Translations under genes and position numbers: made by a program
DNA from: Chloroflexia bacterium
GTDB taxonomy: Bacteria > Chloroflexota > Chloroflexia > Thermomicrobiales > CADCWN01
Length of the DNA: 57,761 nt
Assembly: GCA_039810045.1 (NCBI GenBank)
Contig: JBDHWF010000005.1
Span: forward strand, 1-57,761
Direction of reading: 5' to 3'
Notes under the pieces: generated by a model
What the model was told of the DNA's origin: nothing
What the model saw: only the letters and a program-made list of their open reading frames with translations
Database searches by the model: none
Shown here: positions 29,367-38,621 of the stretch, one piece after another
Numbering within the stretch: the stretch's first letter is position 1
Layout of the letters: each line of letters begins with the position of its first letter

Positions 29367-30719
29367 ATGGAGGCTGAACCAGAGAAAGAGCCCAGAGCGA
29401 TCCGCGAGGATATATTCATTGAAGCAGACGATGTGACGCATAGTGTACGTGGCTTCGACTTTGATAACCTGTCCACGTCACAGGTGGTAGGTCTAGCTAC
29501 TGGCGCGGCTGCCCTGCTCGGGACAATTGTCGCAGCCTTGGGGCCAGCGCAAACGGATCAACCGCGCCGCGACTTCAAAGCGGTGGGCGATGGGGGCAAA
29601 GGGAAACCAATTGTTGCCGTGGTCGAAGGCCGCAAAATCTCTGACCGCACCAGGAAACAACTACGCCGTCAGATTGATACCCTTCAGGAAGAAATTAATC
29701 GGCTTGAGCCAGCCGTAGAGAAGCAACGCAAGGAGCGTGGGATTATCGCAGCGGATGAACTGCTTGTCCCTGTGTCAGAAAAGGAGCAACCCCCAATGAG
29801 TGATGAAGCAGTATTAGCGGTCTTGAAGAATGGGAAGTTAACTCGTAAATCACGGAAACAACTTCGCAAAGAAGTTGACGGTATTCGGAAAGATATTGAT
29901 CGGGTAGACAAGGCGATTGCGAAAAAGATTCGCAGTAATCAGCGGCAGGCCAACATTAACGAGGCCCGCGCTGCCGTGGGCGAAGCAGTTGGGAATGTCG
30001 GCGATAACCTGGGCAAGAAGATTGCCGCCGTTGGCTCAGCGACCGCCGCTGCCGCTGCACCAATCATCGAACGTGCGCTCAATGCTGAAAGTCAGATCCG
30101 CGACAATGCCCGCCAGGTGGCAGACAACACCCGTGATAGCGCCCGCAACTTTGCCGACACTGCCCGCGATCAAGGCGGCGACCTCTCCGACCGCGTGCGA
30201 AACGACGTTGTGCCAGCGGTAGCGGAACGAGCAACCAAAGTGCAGGGGTTTATGCAAGATGTCCTGCCACAAGTAGCGCAGCTTGTGCGCGATGATCTGT
30301 TGCCACAGGTGGTGCAGAAAGTACGGGAAGAGTTACTGCCTCAGGTAACTGATACTGCCAGTAAAGCGGGGGAAGCGGTGAGCGCCTTCGCCGCCACCGG
30401 GGCCAATGTTGGTCGCGATACCGCGAAAACAATCGCCAAGGGCGATCTGGCCAAAGAGGTCAGCAAGCAGACCTACCGTGGCCGGAAACAGGCCGCCAGC
30501 GCGCTTTCCAATCTGGCGGCGCAGCTTGAGCCACCAAAGCAGCGAAGCAACGCCAGCAATTTCTTCATGTTTGCGCTGATTGCCGCCATCGCTGGGGGCA
30601 TCATCTACATCTTCCAGAATGAGGAACGTCGGAAGAAGGTAGCCGAGACAACCCAGGCGTTAGTTGAGCAGGGCCGCGAGATTGTTCGCGACTTCCAGGG
30701 CTACGACGAGGAGTTCTAA
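29367..30719 (+). CDS. Hypothetical helical-repeat protein with N- and C-terminal hydrophobic segments
   Basis: GAGGAGG RBS; 450-aa ORF; apolipoprotein/LEA-like repeats; C-terminal TM. Confidence 0.85.
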   Translation: MEAEPEKEPRAIREDIFIEADDVTHSVRGFDFDNLSTSQVVGLATGAAALLGTIVAALGPAQTDQPRRDFKAVGDGGKGKPIVAVVEGRKISDRTRKQLRRQIDTLQEEINRLEPAVEKQRKERGIIAADELLVPVSEKEQPPMSDEAVLAVLKNGKLTRKSRKQLRKEVDGIRKDIDRVDKAIAKKIRSNQRQANINEARAAVGEAVGNVGDNLGKKIAAVGSATAAAAAPIIERALNAESQIRDNARQVADNTRDSARNFADTARDQGGDLSDRVRNDVVPAVAERATKVQGFMQDVLPQVAQLVRDDLLPQVVQKVREELLPQVTDTASKAGEAVSAFAATGANVGRDTAKTIAKGDLAKEVSKQTYRGRKQAASALSNLAAQLEPPKQRSNASNFFMFALIAAIAGGIIYIFQNEERRKKVAETTQALVEQGREIVRDFQGYDEEF

Positions 30720-30752
30720 GAAGAAGCGCACCACCACAGCGAAAGCCTATTC

Positions 30753-30780
30753 ACAGGCGGGGCCAACTGGCCCCGCCTGT
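30753..30780. terminator. Hairpin between convergent genes
   Basis: ACAGGCGGGGCC-aact-GGCCCCGCCTGT. Confidence 0.7.
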
Positions 30781-30784
30781 CATT

Positions 30785-32035
30785 TTAACTAACCGCAGCC
30801 AGGATCATATTGGCGAAGCGTGCCGCCCGAAATTGCTCGGAAGGCCATCCACTGCGCCTTGCCCGGTTCGTCAGCATAATGCAGGCAAGATCCTGGGTGG
30901 GGTCTGCCCAGGCCAGCGTGCCAGTGGCACCAGCATGACTGAATGTGGCGGCAGCGGTCAGATCGCCCAGTTCTCCACCACGCTTCGCGCCTTTCACGGC
31001 CCAACCAAGGCCCCAATCGACCGTCGGCAGCGGGGGATCGTTGGGGAAACCATCGCGCAGTTCAGGGGCAAGATCAGCCGGAGCATCCGGCGGCGCATAT
31101 TGGATTGTCGTCATCGCCTGTACGGTGGCTGGTGCCAGCAACGGGGCAGCGTCAGCCACGAAGCGGGAGCGCCCGCCACTGGAGGGTAAAAAGAGATCGA
31201 CAAAGCGGATCAGATCGCGTGGTGTGCTAAAGAGACCACCCCAGGGAATCCCCAGGCTTTGATAATAGCGGCTATTCGCCATTTCATAGCTCGTTCCGTC
31301 CTGGCCCGTTTCCTCGACCCGCGCAATGCGGTTGGCCCAGGTTGCGGGAGGCAAGAGTGCACTATTACGCATCTCTAGTGGGGCAAGGATCATCTCTTGC
31401 ACAAACTGATGGTAGCGGGCGATTGCCGGAGTTGCCACCACCTGCCCCAGCGTCCCATCTAGGGCGCGAGCCACCGCCTCCGCCGCCAGACCGATCCCCA
31501 CATTACTGTAGTAGTGATAGGTGCCTGGTGCGAATAGCACGGGTTGCTGCATGAAGGCCGTGATGAACGCAGAAATTGGTTCCCCCGCCTGTCGCAGGGC
31601 CAGATTATTCGCCGAGAAGCCCGGTAGTCCTGAGCAATGGGCGAGAGTGTGGCGCAAGGTGATTGCCCGCCGTTCAGCGCTGGTGGGAGCCTGATCGAGG
31701 AATTCAGGTAGGAGCGTGTAGAGTGGCTGGTCAAGCGCCAAAAGGCCACGCTCCACCGCCATTAACACGGCGGTGGCGGTCACTGGCTTGGTGATCGACG
31801 CTAAACCCCAAATCGTTTCCTGATCAACAACACGACCAGTCTGCCGATCAGCCACGCCCAGGTACGCCTCCCCAACGATCTGACCACCCCGCGCCACCAG
31901 CACTGCCGCCCCAGGAAGTACCCCTTCCGCAATCCACGATTGCACTAGCGCGAACGCCTGTTGTAATGCTTCCGCCGAGACTCCCGCTGCTGCCGTATCG
32001 CCGAGGATAATTCCTGGTGCTGTATTTCCGCCCAT
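30785..32035 (-). CDS. Serine hydrolase, beta-lactamase/class C-like family
   Basis: ASITKP (SxxK), YYSN (YxN), HAGATG. Confidence 0.9.
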   Translation of the reverse strand: MGGNTAPGIILGDTAAAGVSAEALQQAFALVQSWIAEGVLPGAAVLVARGGQIVGEAYLGVADRQTGRVVDQETIWGLASITKPVTATAVLMAVERGLLALDQPLYTLLPEFLDQAPTSAERRAITLRHTLAHCSGLPGFSANNLALRQAGEPISAFITAFMQQPVLFAPGTYHYYSNVGIGLAAEAVARALDGTLGQVVATPAIARYHQFVQEMILAPLEMRNSALLPPATWANRIARVEETGQDGTSYEMANSRYYQSLGIPWGGLFSTPRDLIRFVDLFLPSSGGRSRFVADAAPLLAPATVQAMTTIQYAPPDAPADLAPELRDGFPNDPPLPTVDWGLGWAVKGAKRGGELGDLTAAATFSHAGATGTLAWADPTQDLACIMLTNRARRSGWPSEQFRAARFANMILAAVS

Positions 32036-32057
32036 CGGCTGCCCCCTGGATAGAAAA

Positions 32058-32090
32058 ACCTGCGCCGCCCTGATTAACGGCGGCGCAGGT
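32058..32090 (-). terminator. Intrinsic terminator of the VPS10-like gene
   Basis: 12-bp stem ACCTGCGCCGCC/GGCGGCGCAGGT followed by a U-run on the minus strand (plus-strand A-run at 32054-32058). Confidence 0.75.
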
Positions 32091-32098
32091 ACTCTGGC

Positions 32099-35000
32099 TT
32101 ACCACTTCTTGGTTGGCGGCACAATCGCTGGCAATTGCGCTTCTTGCATCGTCGCGTTGAACGCCCCCAGTTGGGTGACCAGGATTCCCTCCAGGGCTTC
32201 AAACTGAGTATCAACGCGAGTGACGACATCGGCAAAGACCTGCTGCGCTCCTTGTGTTGGCGCAGCATCAGCACTACCGACCACGCCAGTCAATGCGGCG
32301 AGTTTGTTATTCAAGCGGATTGGGAAGTTCAAGGGGTCTTCGTGCGACTTCGACTGCTGCTGAATCAGTTCACGTTCCACCGTGGTCAGAGCCTCGCCCA
32401 GGGCTTTGGCCGCCGTTGCGACCTGCTCCGCCTGTGGCGTCTGGGCAGTGCGTTCTGCCCACGACTCCGCCTGCTGCCGCAAGGACCGGATCATCAAGAT
32501 CGCCTCGTGGGTTTCGGTGAGTTTATCGCGAATTTGTAGCAACAGCGCGAACTGCGCCGCCAAGTCCTCGTCATTCGCCGCAGCACGGGGGTCTTTGACA
32601 AAATCAAACGATGCATTCTGCTGTTGCCCGTCAACGACCAGTTCGACGGTGTAGCGTCCAGGAGGGGCGAGCGGCCCGGTTACTCCGCCAGCCCAGAAGA
32701 CAGCTCCAGGCACGGCGGTAGCGTCGGGATAGCGGGCATTCCAGACGAAGCGATTGAGGCCAGCCTGCATCTTTGGTTTCGGCTCTGGGGCCGCGCCGTG
32801 CGTGTCCGGCTTCTTCTCGCTCTCCTGGCCCTCTTTCGTCACTGTATTGGTAAATGACTTGATCTCTTGCCCTGCCCCATCAAGGAAACGTAACGTTAGT
32901 GACTCTTTCGGAGCCTCGGGCAGATAGTAATAGACCGTAATCCCTGGTTCGGGATTATGACCTGCATCAAGAAACCCCAGAGCTTTCTCGCCGCTTGGCC
33001 CAGGGACGACCCTGGTGCGCACGGCAAGGCCGCCCGCATTGCCATAGGCTCGTAGTTGATTGGGGTCGAGCGTGGGCCGCCGCCCAGGAACCAGAAATCG
33101 CGTCGTATCGCGCGGGGTAAAGAGGTGGGCTGCGTTAGCCTGCTGCTCGGCAAGCTGGTGCAACGGGGTCAGGTCATCAAGAATCCAGAAGCCCCGACCG
33201 TGCGTCGCCAGCACCAGATCGTGATCTTTCACGACGAGATCGTGAATTGGCACCACTGGCAGGTTGCGGCCCAACGGGGCCCAGGTAGCCCCATCGTTCA
33301 GCGACACCCAAATACCAGCCTCAGTACCAGCATAGAGAATCCCCGCCTTCGCTGGATCAGCGCGAATCGCCCGAGTGAATTGTTCGTCAGGAATCCCCGC
33401 ACTGATGCGGGTCCAACTCTGCCCAAAGTCGGTAGTTTTGTAGAGGTATGGGGTGAGGTCGTCCCACTTGTAGCGGGTAGCAGCAACATAACAGGTGCCT
33501 GCATCGTGCGGCGACGGCTCGATAATACTGATCAAGGCCCACTCCGGCAGCAGGTCAGCCGGTGGGGTCACATTCTGCCAACTCTGCCCGCCATCCTGGG
33601 AGACATGGATCAGGCCATCGTCTGAGCCAGCCCAGAATAGATCGCGCTGTACGGGCGACTCTGCAAAGGCGAAGATCGTGCCGTAATACTCAACACTCGT
33701 ATTATCCTGCGTGATCGGCCCACCCGATGACCCCATTTTCTCCTGATCGTTGCGCGAAAGGTCGGGACTGATAATCTCCCAGGTGCCACCTTCATCGCCA
33801 GAGCGATGGACATATTGCGAGGTAACATAGAGGGTGTTGGGATCATGGGGAGAGATCATGATCGGGAAGGTCCACTGGAAGCGATATTGCTGATCGCCCG
33901 CCGACCAGCCAATCGGGTTCTCCGGCCAAACGGCGATATTTCGCGACTGCCGCGTGCTGTGATCGTAGCGCGTGAGGAGGCCGCCATATGACCCAGCGAA
34001 GATGATATCGGGGTTATCCGGGCGCACAGCGATATAGCCACTCTCACCTCCACCAACGGGAAAGGTCTCGGCCCAGGTAATTGCCCCCGCATCAGAGCGG
34101 CTGGGGAGGCTGAGGGTCGTATTATCTTGCTGCGCCCCATGCACCCGATAGGGAATACGGTTATCGGCGATGACGTGATAAAACTCTGCGGTCGCCTGAT
34201 TATAAATTGACGACCAGGCAGCACCACCGTTGAACGAAACAACTGCGCCACCATCATTGCCCTGAATCATACGCTGCGAATCACGGGGGTCAAACCAGAT
34301 ATCGTGGTTATCGCCGTGTGGTGTGGGATAGGCCTGGAAGGTTTTTCCACCATCGATCGAGCGCCAGTTGTTCACGTTCGGCACCCAAACAACTTCGGGA
34401 TTCTGCGGATCGGCGATTACATGGGCGTAATACCAGGCCCGTTGCAATAATTCGCGCTCTTCGTTCAGCTTAGTCCAGGTTGCGCCACCATCGTCCGAGC
34501 GAAAGAACCCACCTTGTTCAGCCTCGACCAGCGCCCAGACTCGTTCTGGCCGCGCTGGCGATACCGCAACGCCAATCTTCCCTTTCACCCCTTTTGGTAG
34601 GCCAGGGGCATTGGTCAATTCTGTCCAGGTATCGCCACCATCAGTCGATTTATAGAGGCTGCTCCCAGGCCCACCACTGGTGAGGGTCCAGGGGGTACGC
34701 CCAGCTTCCCAGAATGCGGCATAGAGGATGCGGGGATTGGTGGGGTCAATGTCGAGGTCAATCGCGCCGCTGCGCTCATCGCGGAACAAGATCTGCTGCC
34801 AGCTTTGCCCACCATCTCGCGACCGATAAAGCCCGCGCTCTGCGTTTGGCCCCCAAACGTGGCCTAACGCGGCCACGTAGACGGTGTTGGGATCACGCGG
34901 GTCAATGCGTACCCGCGCGATTGCGCGGGTCTCGGCCAGACCAAGGTGTCGCCAGGTCTTGCCACCATCGGTCGAGCCATAGACACCATCGCCGTGGGCA

Positions 35001-35323
35001 ACGTTGCCACGGATCGTCGTCTCCCCCATCCCGGCGTAGAGGACGTTCGGATCGGAAGGAGCCACCGCCAACGCGCCAACCGAGGCGGTCTTGAAGAAGC
35101 CGTCTGAACAGTTCTCCCAACTCAGGCCGCCATCAATCGTCTTCCAGACCCCACCACCCGTCGAGCCGAAATAGAAGGTTAGCCGATTGACGGGATCGCC
35201 AGCGACCGCCACCACGCGCCCGCCCCGAAACGGCCCAATATGCCGCCAGGATAACCCTTGTATTGTCGCCTCTTGCAGCGAGGCTGCTGTCTGTTGCGCC
35301 TTTGGATCAGACACTGCTATCAC
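32099..35323 (-). CDS. VPS10/sortilin-like BNR (Asp-box) repeat beta-propeller protein, often annotated as glycosyl hydrolase
   Basis: WRHIGPFRGGR, many S/T-x-D-G-G-x-T/S-W Asp boxes and a C-terminal helical domain; AAGGAGG RBS before GTG. Confidence 0.9.
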   Translation of the reverse strand: MIAVSDPKAQQTAASLQEATIQGLSWRHIGPFRGGRVVAVAGDPVNRLTFYFGSTGGGVWKTIDGGLSWENCSDGFFKTASVGALAVAPSDPNVLYAGMGETTIRGNVAHGDGVYGSTDGGKTWRHLGLAETRAIARVRIDPRDPNTVYVAALGHVWGPNAERGLYRSRDGGQSWQQILFRDERSGAIDLDIDPTNPRILYAAFWEAGRTPWTLTSGGPGSSLYKSTDGGDTWTELTNAPGLPKGVKGKIGVAVSPARPERVWALVEAEQGGFFRSDDGGATWTKLNEERELLQRAWYYAHVIADPQNPEVVWVPNVNNWRSIDGGKTFQAYPTPHGDNHDIWFDPRDSQRMIQGNDGGAVVSFNGGAAWSSIYNQATAEFYHVIADNRIPYRVHGAQQDNTTLSLPSRSDAGAITWAETFPVGGGESGYIAVRPDNPDIIFAGSYGGLLTRYDHSTRQSRNIAVWPENPIGWSAGDQQYRFQWTFPIMISPHDPNTLYVTSQYVHRSGDEGGTWEIISPDLSRNDQEKMGSSGGPITQDNTSVEYYGTIFAFAESPVQRDLFWAGSDDGLIHVSQDGGQSWQNVTPPADLLPEWALISIIEPSPHDAGTCYVAATRYKWDDLTPYLYKTTDFGQSWTRISAGIPDEQFTRAIRADPAKAGILYAGTEAGIWVSLNDGATWAPLGRNLPVVPIHDLVVKDHDLVLATHGRGFWILDDLTPLHQLAEQQANAAHLFTPRDTTRFLVPGRRPTLDPNQLRAYGNAGGLAVRTRVVPGPSGEKALGFLDAGHNPEPGITVYYYLPEAPKESLTLRFLDGAGQEIKSFTNTVTKEGQESEKKPDTHGAAPEPKPKMQAGLNRFVWNARYPDATAVPGAVFWAGGVTGPLAPPGRYTVELVVDGQQQNASFDFVKDPRAAANDEDLAAQFALLLQIRDKLTETHEAILMIRSLRQQAESWAERTAQTPQAEQVATAAKALGEALTTVERELIQQQSKSHEDPLNFPIRLNNKLAALTGVVGSADAAPTQGAQQVFADVVTRVDTQFEALEGILVTQLGAFNATMQEAQLPAIVPPTKKW

Positions 35324-35395
35324 TGAACTTCCTCCTTACAGTGTATATCGCGAGACTCGCCTGGCCCAGCGTTGTACACCAGACAGATCGTCATT

Positions 35396-35412
35396 GGTGT
35401 GAACGTGGACAG
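35396..35412 (+). repeat. 17-bp motif GGTGTGAACGTGGACAG, copy 1
   Basis: Exact match to the copies at 35429, 39612, 44778 and 47671. Confidence 0.97.
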
Positions 35413-35428
35413 GCAGTTGTAGTAGTTA

Positions 35429-35445
35429 CTGTCCACGTTCACACC
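35429..35445 (-). repeat. 17-bp motif, copy 2 (inverted; overlaps the SDR stop codon)
   Basis: CTGTCCACGTTCACACC on the plus strand. Confidence 0.97.
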
Positions 35446-36212
35446 GCAGTCCAACCACCATCAATCAGCAGGGTGTGGCCCGTGACCATATCTGAGGCAG
35501 CCGAGGCAAGGTAAACCACCCCACCAGCGATATCTTCTGGCTTCGCCAGTTGCCCAAGCGGAATCCGGCCCAGCACATCATCACGGAAAGCGGTATCTTC
35601 AAACATCGGGCGAGTCAGTGGTGTTTCGACAAATGTAGGGCCAATTGCGTTGACTCGCACGCCATACTGCGCCCACTCAAACGCCAACACCCGCGTCAGG
35701 TTCACTACCCCTGCTTTGCTGGAACAATACGCAGCGCGTTTCCAGTAGCCTACCACCCCCATCTGTGAGGCGATATTGACAATCTTGCCGCTTCCTTGCT
35801 TGATCATCACCCGCCCCACTGCCTGAGTCGTAAAGAACAGCCCTTTGAGATTAATATCCAGGACACGATCCCAGTCTTCTTCGGTAACATCGAGCGCAAG
35901 TTTCGGGATATTCACCCCGGCATTGTTCACCAGAATATCGATCTGTCCAAACTTGTCGATGGTAGTCTGCACCAGACCATCGATCAATTCTCGCTGCATG
36001 ACATCGAGCGGGACGACCACAGTTTCCGCACCATAGTCCTGCTGTGCCATCTTCGCCGTTGCCTCTGCCGCCTCAGTCTTCCCAGGCAGTTCGGTCAGCA
36101 CCAGTTGTGCCCCCGCCTGGGCCAGGGCTAACGCCGCTGCCTGCCCTAACCCCGTCCCTGTGCCTGTCACAATGGCGACTTTCCCCTCAACTCGCGCGCT
36201 TGGGAATTGCAT
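35439..36212 (-). CDS. Short-chain dehydrogenase (gluconate-5-DH/KduD-like)
   Basis: TGTGTGLG, NNAG, NIAS, YCSSK, VNAIGP, DGGWTA. Confidence 0.93.
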   Translation of the reverse strand: MQFPSARVEGKVAIVTGTGTGLGQAAALALAQAGAQLVLTELPGKTEAAEATAKMAQQDYGAETVVVPLDVMQRELIDGLVQTTIDKFGQIDILVNNAGVNIPKLALDVTEEDWDRVLDINLKGLFFTTQAVGRVMIKQGSGKIVNIASQMGVVGYWKRAAYCSSKAGVVNLTRVLAFEWAQYGVRVNAIGPTFVETPLTRPMFEDTAFRDDVLGRIPLGQLAKPEDIAGGVVYLASAASDMVTGHTLLIDGGWTAV

Positions 36213-36254
36213 CACTTCCTCCAATCACGATCGTCCCACAAAACTTGTCCAGCA

Positions 36255-36785
36255 TTACCACAGTTCCCCTTCACGCCATTCCGCCGTAATCTGGGCGGTC
36301 AGATCGAGTGGCGGCGTTTGTGGCGTCCGCATGATCATGATCTCCTCATCTGGTGTTGGCAGTAGCCCGGTGTCCGTGCGGATCGCGGTCGGGCCACGCC
36401 AATGCTGCCACCCCAAGCGCTCGTAGAACGGGGCGACGGCTGGGGAGAGCGCACAAAGCTCATAGTTGCCTGTTTGCTGGGCCACTTCCTGCATCACCAA
36501 CGTGCCATATCCCTGACCTTGCCAGCGCGGGGCAGTCGCCACCGCCTCGATATAGGCCGTTTGCAACGGTGCTATCCCCGCAGGCTGAAGCCACCGCGTG
36601 ACCCAACAGGCGTGGCTTACGAGTTCCTGCCCTACACGCAGCAAGATGTGGCGCGAACCAGGCAGGAGCGCAAAAAGCTGATCGAACGGTTCGGCAAAGG
36701 CAGCGGCGCACAATGCGATGATGGCCTCGCGTTCATCGTGGCCAAGGGCTGCTGCATCCTCAATCGTGATCGTGACTGTTGCCAT
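36255..36785 (-). CDS. GNAT acetyltransferase resembling aminoglycoside 2'-N-acetyltransferase AAC(2')-I
   Basis: YIEAVATAPRWQGQGYG, YELCALS, FYERLGW.HWRGPT, TP.E and the C-terminal L...I..EWR.GELW, matching the recalled AAC(2')-Ic pattern (LYASRGWLPWHGPT...CDWRAGDVW). Confidence 0.8.
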   Translation of the reverse strand: MATVTITIEDAAALGHDEREAIIALCAAAFAEPFDQLFALLPGSRHILLRVGQELVSHACWVTRWLQPAGIAPLQTAYIEAVATAPRWQGQGYGTLVMQEVAQQTGNYELCALSPAVAPFYERLGWQHWRGPTAIRTDTGLLPTPDEEIMIMRTPQTPPLDLTAQITAEWREGELW

Positions 36786-36905
36786 ACGCCCTTTCCGTCA
36801 ATCCTGTCTCTGGCCTTATACTAGGATTGCTTACGGCGGTCAATGATCGCCTGCTGACAGCGAGAGGGAACCGAGCCTGAGGGCTCACCACCGTGCGGAG
36901 GATCA

Positions 36906-38621
36906 ATGAACGGCGCAGAAATCCTGGTTGCGATGCTGAAGGCCTATGAGGTCGAGGTGATCTTTGGCGTGCCTGGGGATACGACCATGCCTCTTTACGA
37001 TGCACTCCACGCTGCCCGCGGTGAGATCAGGCATATTATGGCGCGTGATGAACGGTCGGCGGGCTTCATGGCCGACGCATACGCCCGCCTGACAAACAAG
37101 CCAGGAATCTGTGAAGGGCCTTCCGGCGGTGGGGCGACCTATATCGTCCCTGGTGTAGCCGAGGCGAACGGCTCATCAATCCCGGTGATCTGCTTCACTT
37201 CAGATATTCCACTCGCCGACGAAGATCGCGGCACGCTGACCGCGATCAATCAGCAAGAACTCCTCCAGGCCGCTACAAAGTGGAGCACGACCGTCAAGCG
37301 GGCGGACAAGATCCCCGAAACAGTGCGCCGCGCCTTCCGACAGGCCACGAGTGGCCGCCCAGGGGCAGTTCACGTTGTCTTACCGGAAGATATTCTGGTC
37401 GAAGAAGTAGCGAACCCGCAGATCTATGCTGAGCCTACCTGTATGCAGTATCCCTCATATCGCACGCGGGGTGCGGCGGAAGAAACCCGCCAACTCTATG
37501 ACCTGCTGTTACAAGCCGAGCGACCAGTGATTATTGCTGGTGGTGGCGCAGTTATCTCTGGCGCTTGGGATGAGCTGAACGAATTGGCGACGCTCCTCAA
37601 GATCCCGGTTGGTACCAGTATCAACGGCAAAGGAGCGCTGGCCGAAGATCACCCCTGGTCGATTGGCGTGATTGGCGGAAATGGCGGGAAGCCGGAAGCA
37701 AATGTAATCGTTGGTGAGGCCGATACTATCCTCTATGTTGGCACCCGCGTTAACTCGCTGATCACCTTGTCCCTGACCAACCCTGGCCCTGATGCGGGCA
37801 AAACAATCTTGCAGATCGACGCTGATCCCACCCAACTGGGCAACAATCTGCCTGCCACTGTGGCAGTCTGCGGTGACGCCAAACTCACCCTAGCAGAACT
37901 CGCAGCCTGGGCGCGTGAGGAACGCGGCAAGGTTGATGCGCCACCGTTACGCAGCGGGTGGGAACGCGCAGCCCTAGCGCAACGGCTTGCGCCATTCTGG
38001 GATGAGTTCGAGGCCAAGGGCCGCTCGGATGCCTACCCGATCAAGCCACAACGGATCTTCGCCGCCCTGGATCGAATTCTGCCGCACGCCAGCGTGATCG
38101 TTGCTGACCCTGGCACGATGACGCCATTTACCGCTGGCGCGTTTGAGATTCGCCGACCCGGTCGCTCGATCGTGATTCCCCGCGCACATGGGGGGCTGGG
38201 CTACGCGATCCCCGCTGTCGTTGGCGCGAAGATCGCCCGCCCGCACGAAACAGTCGTTTGTCTCTGTGGCGATGGTTCATTCGGGATGAGTGGCACAGAA
38301 CTGGAAACAATTGGTCGGCTCAATCTGCCAGTGACCTTGATTCATTTCAATAATGGCGCATTCGGCTGGATCAAGATGCTCCAGCATCTGTACTTTGACG
38401 ACCGTTTCTTCGGCGTGGACTTTACGCGCATTGACTATGCCAAAATTGCCGAAGGCTTTGGTGTCCGTGGAATCACGATCACCCATCCTGACCAGATCGA
38501 AGACGCGATTGGGGAGGCAACCAGGCGCAGTAGTCCCACCTTCATTGATGTGCAAACGGAGATTGAATTGACCGAAGTGCCACCAGTGGCGGCTTGGCAA
38601 AAAGCGCTGGCAGGTCGCTAA
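36906..38621 (+). CDS. Thiamine-diphosphate-dependent enzyme (acetolactate synthase-like)
   Basis: IFGVPG, RDE..AGFMADAYAR, GPSGGG, GDGSFGM...NNG TPP motif. Confidence 0.92.
   Translation: MNGAEILVAMLKAYEVEVIFGVPGDTTMPLYDALHAARGEIRHIMARDERSAGFMADAYARLTNKPGICEGPSGGGATYIVPGVAEANGSSIPVICFTSDIPLADEDRGTLTAINQQELLQAATKWSTTVKRADKIPETVRRAFRQATSGRPGAVHVVLPEDILVEEVANPQIYAEPTCMQYPSYRTRGAAEETRQLYDLLLQAERPVIIAGGGAVISGAWDELNELATLLKIPVGTSINGKGALAEDHPWSIGVIGGNGGKPEANVIVGEADTILYVGTRVNSLITLSLTNPGPDAGKTILQIDADPTQLGNNLPATVAVCGDAKLTLAELAAWAREERGKVDAPPLRSGWERAALAQRLAPFWDEFEAKGRSDAYPIKPQRIFAALDRILPHASVIVADPGTMTPFTAGAFEIRRPGRSIVIPRAHGGLGYAIPAVVGAKIARPHETVVCLCGDGSFGMSGTELETIGRLNLPVTLIHFNNGAFGWIKMLQHLYFDDRFFGVDFTRIDYAKIAEGFGVRGITITHPDQIEDAIGEATRRSSPTFIDVQTEIELTEVPPVAAWQKALAGR

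Noticed and set aside
36840-36905. TPP riboswitch upstream of the TPP-dependent enzyme
   Set aside because: There is only a small GAGCC/GGCTC hairpin; the CUGAGA and CCUGAU...AGCGUAGG cores are absent.
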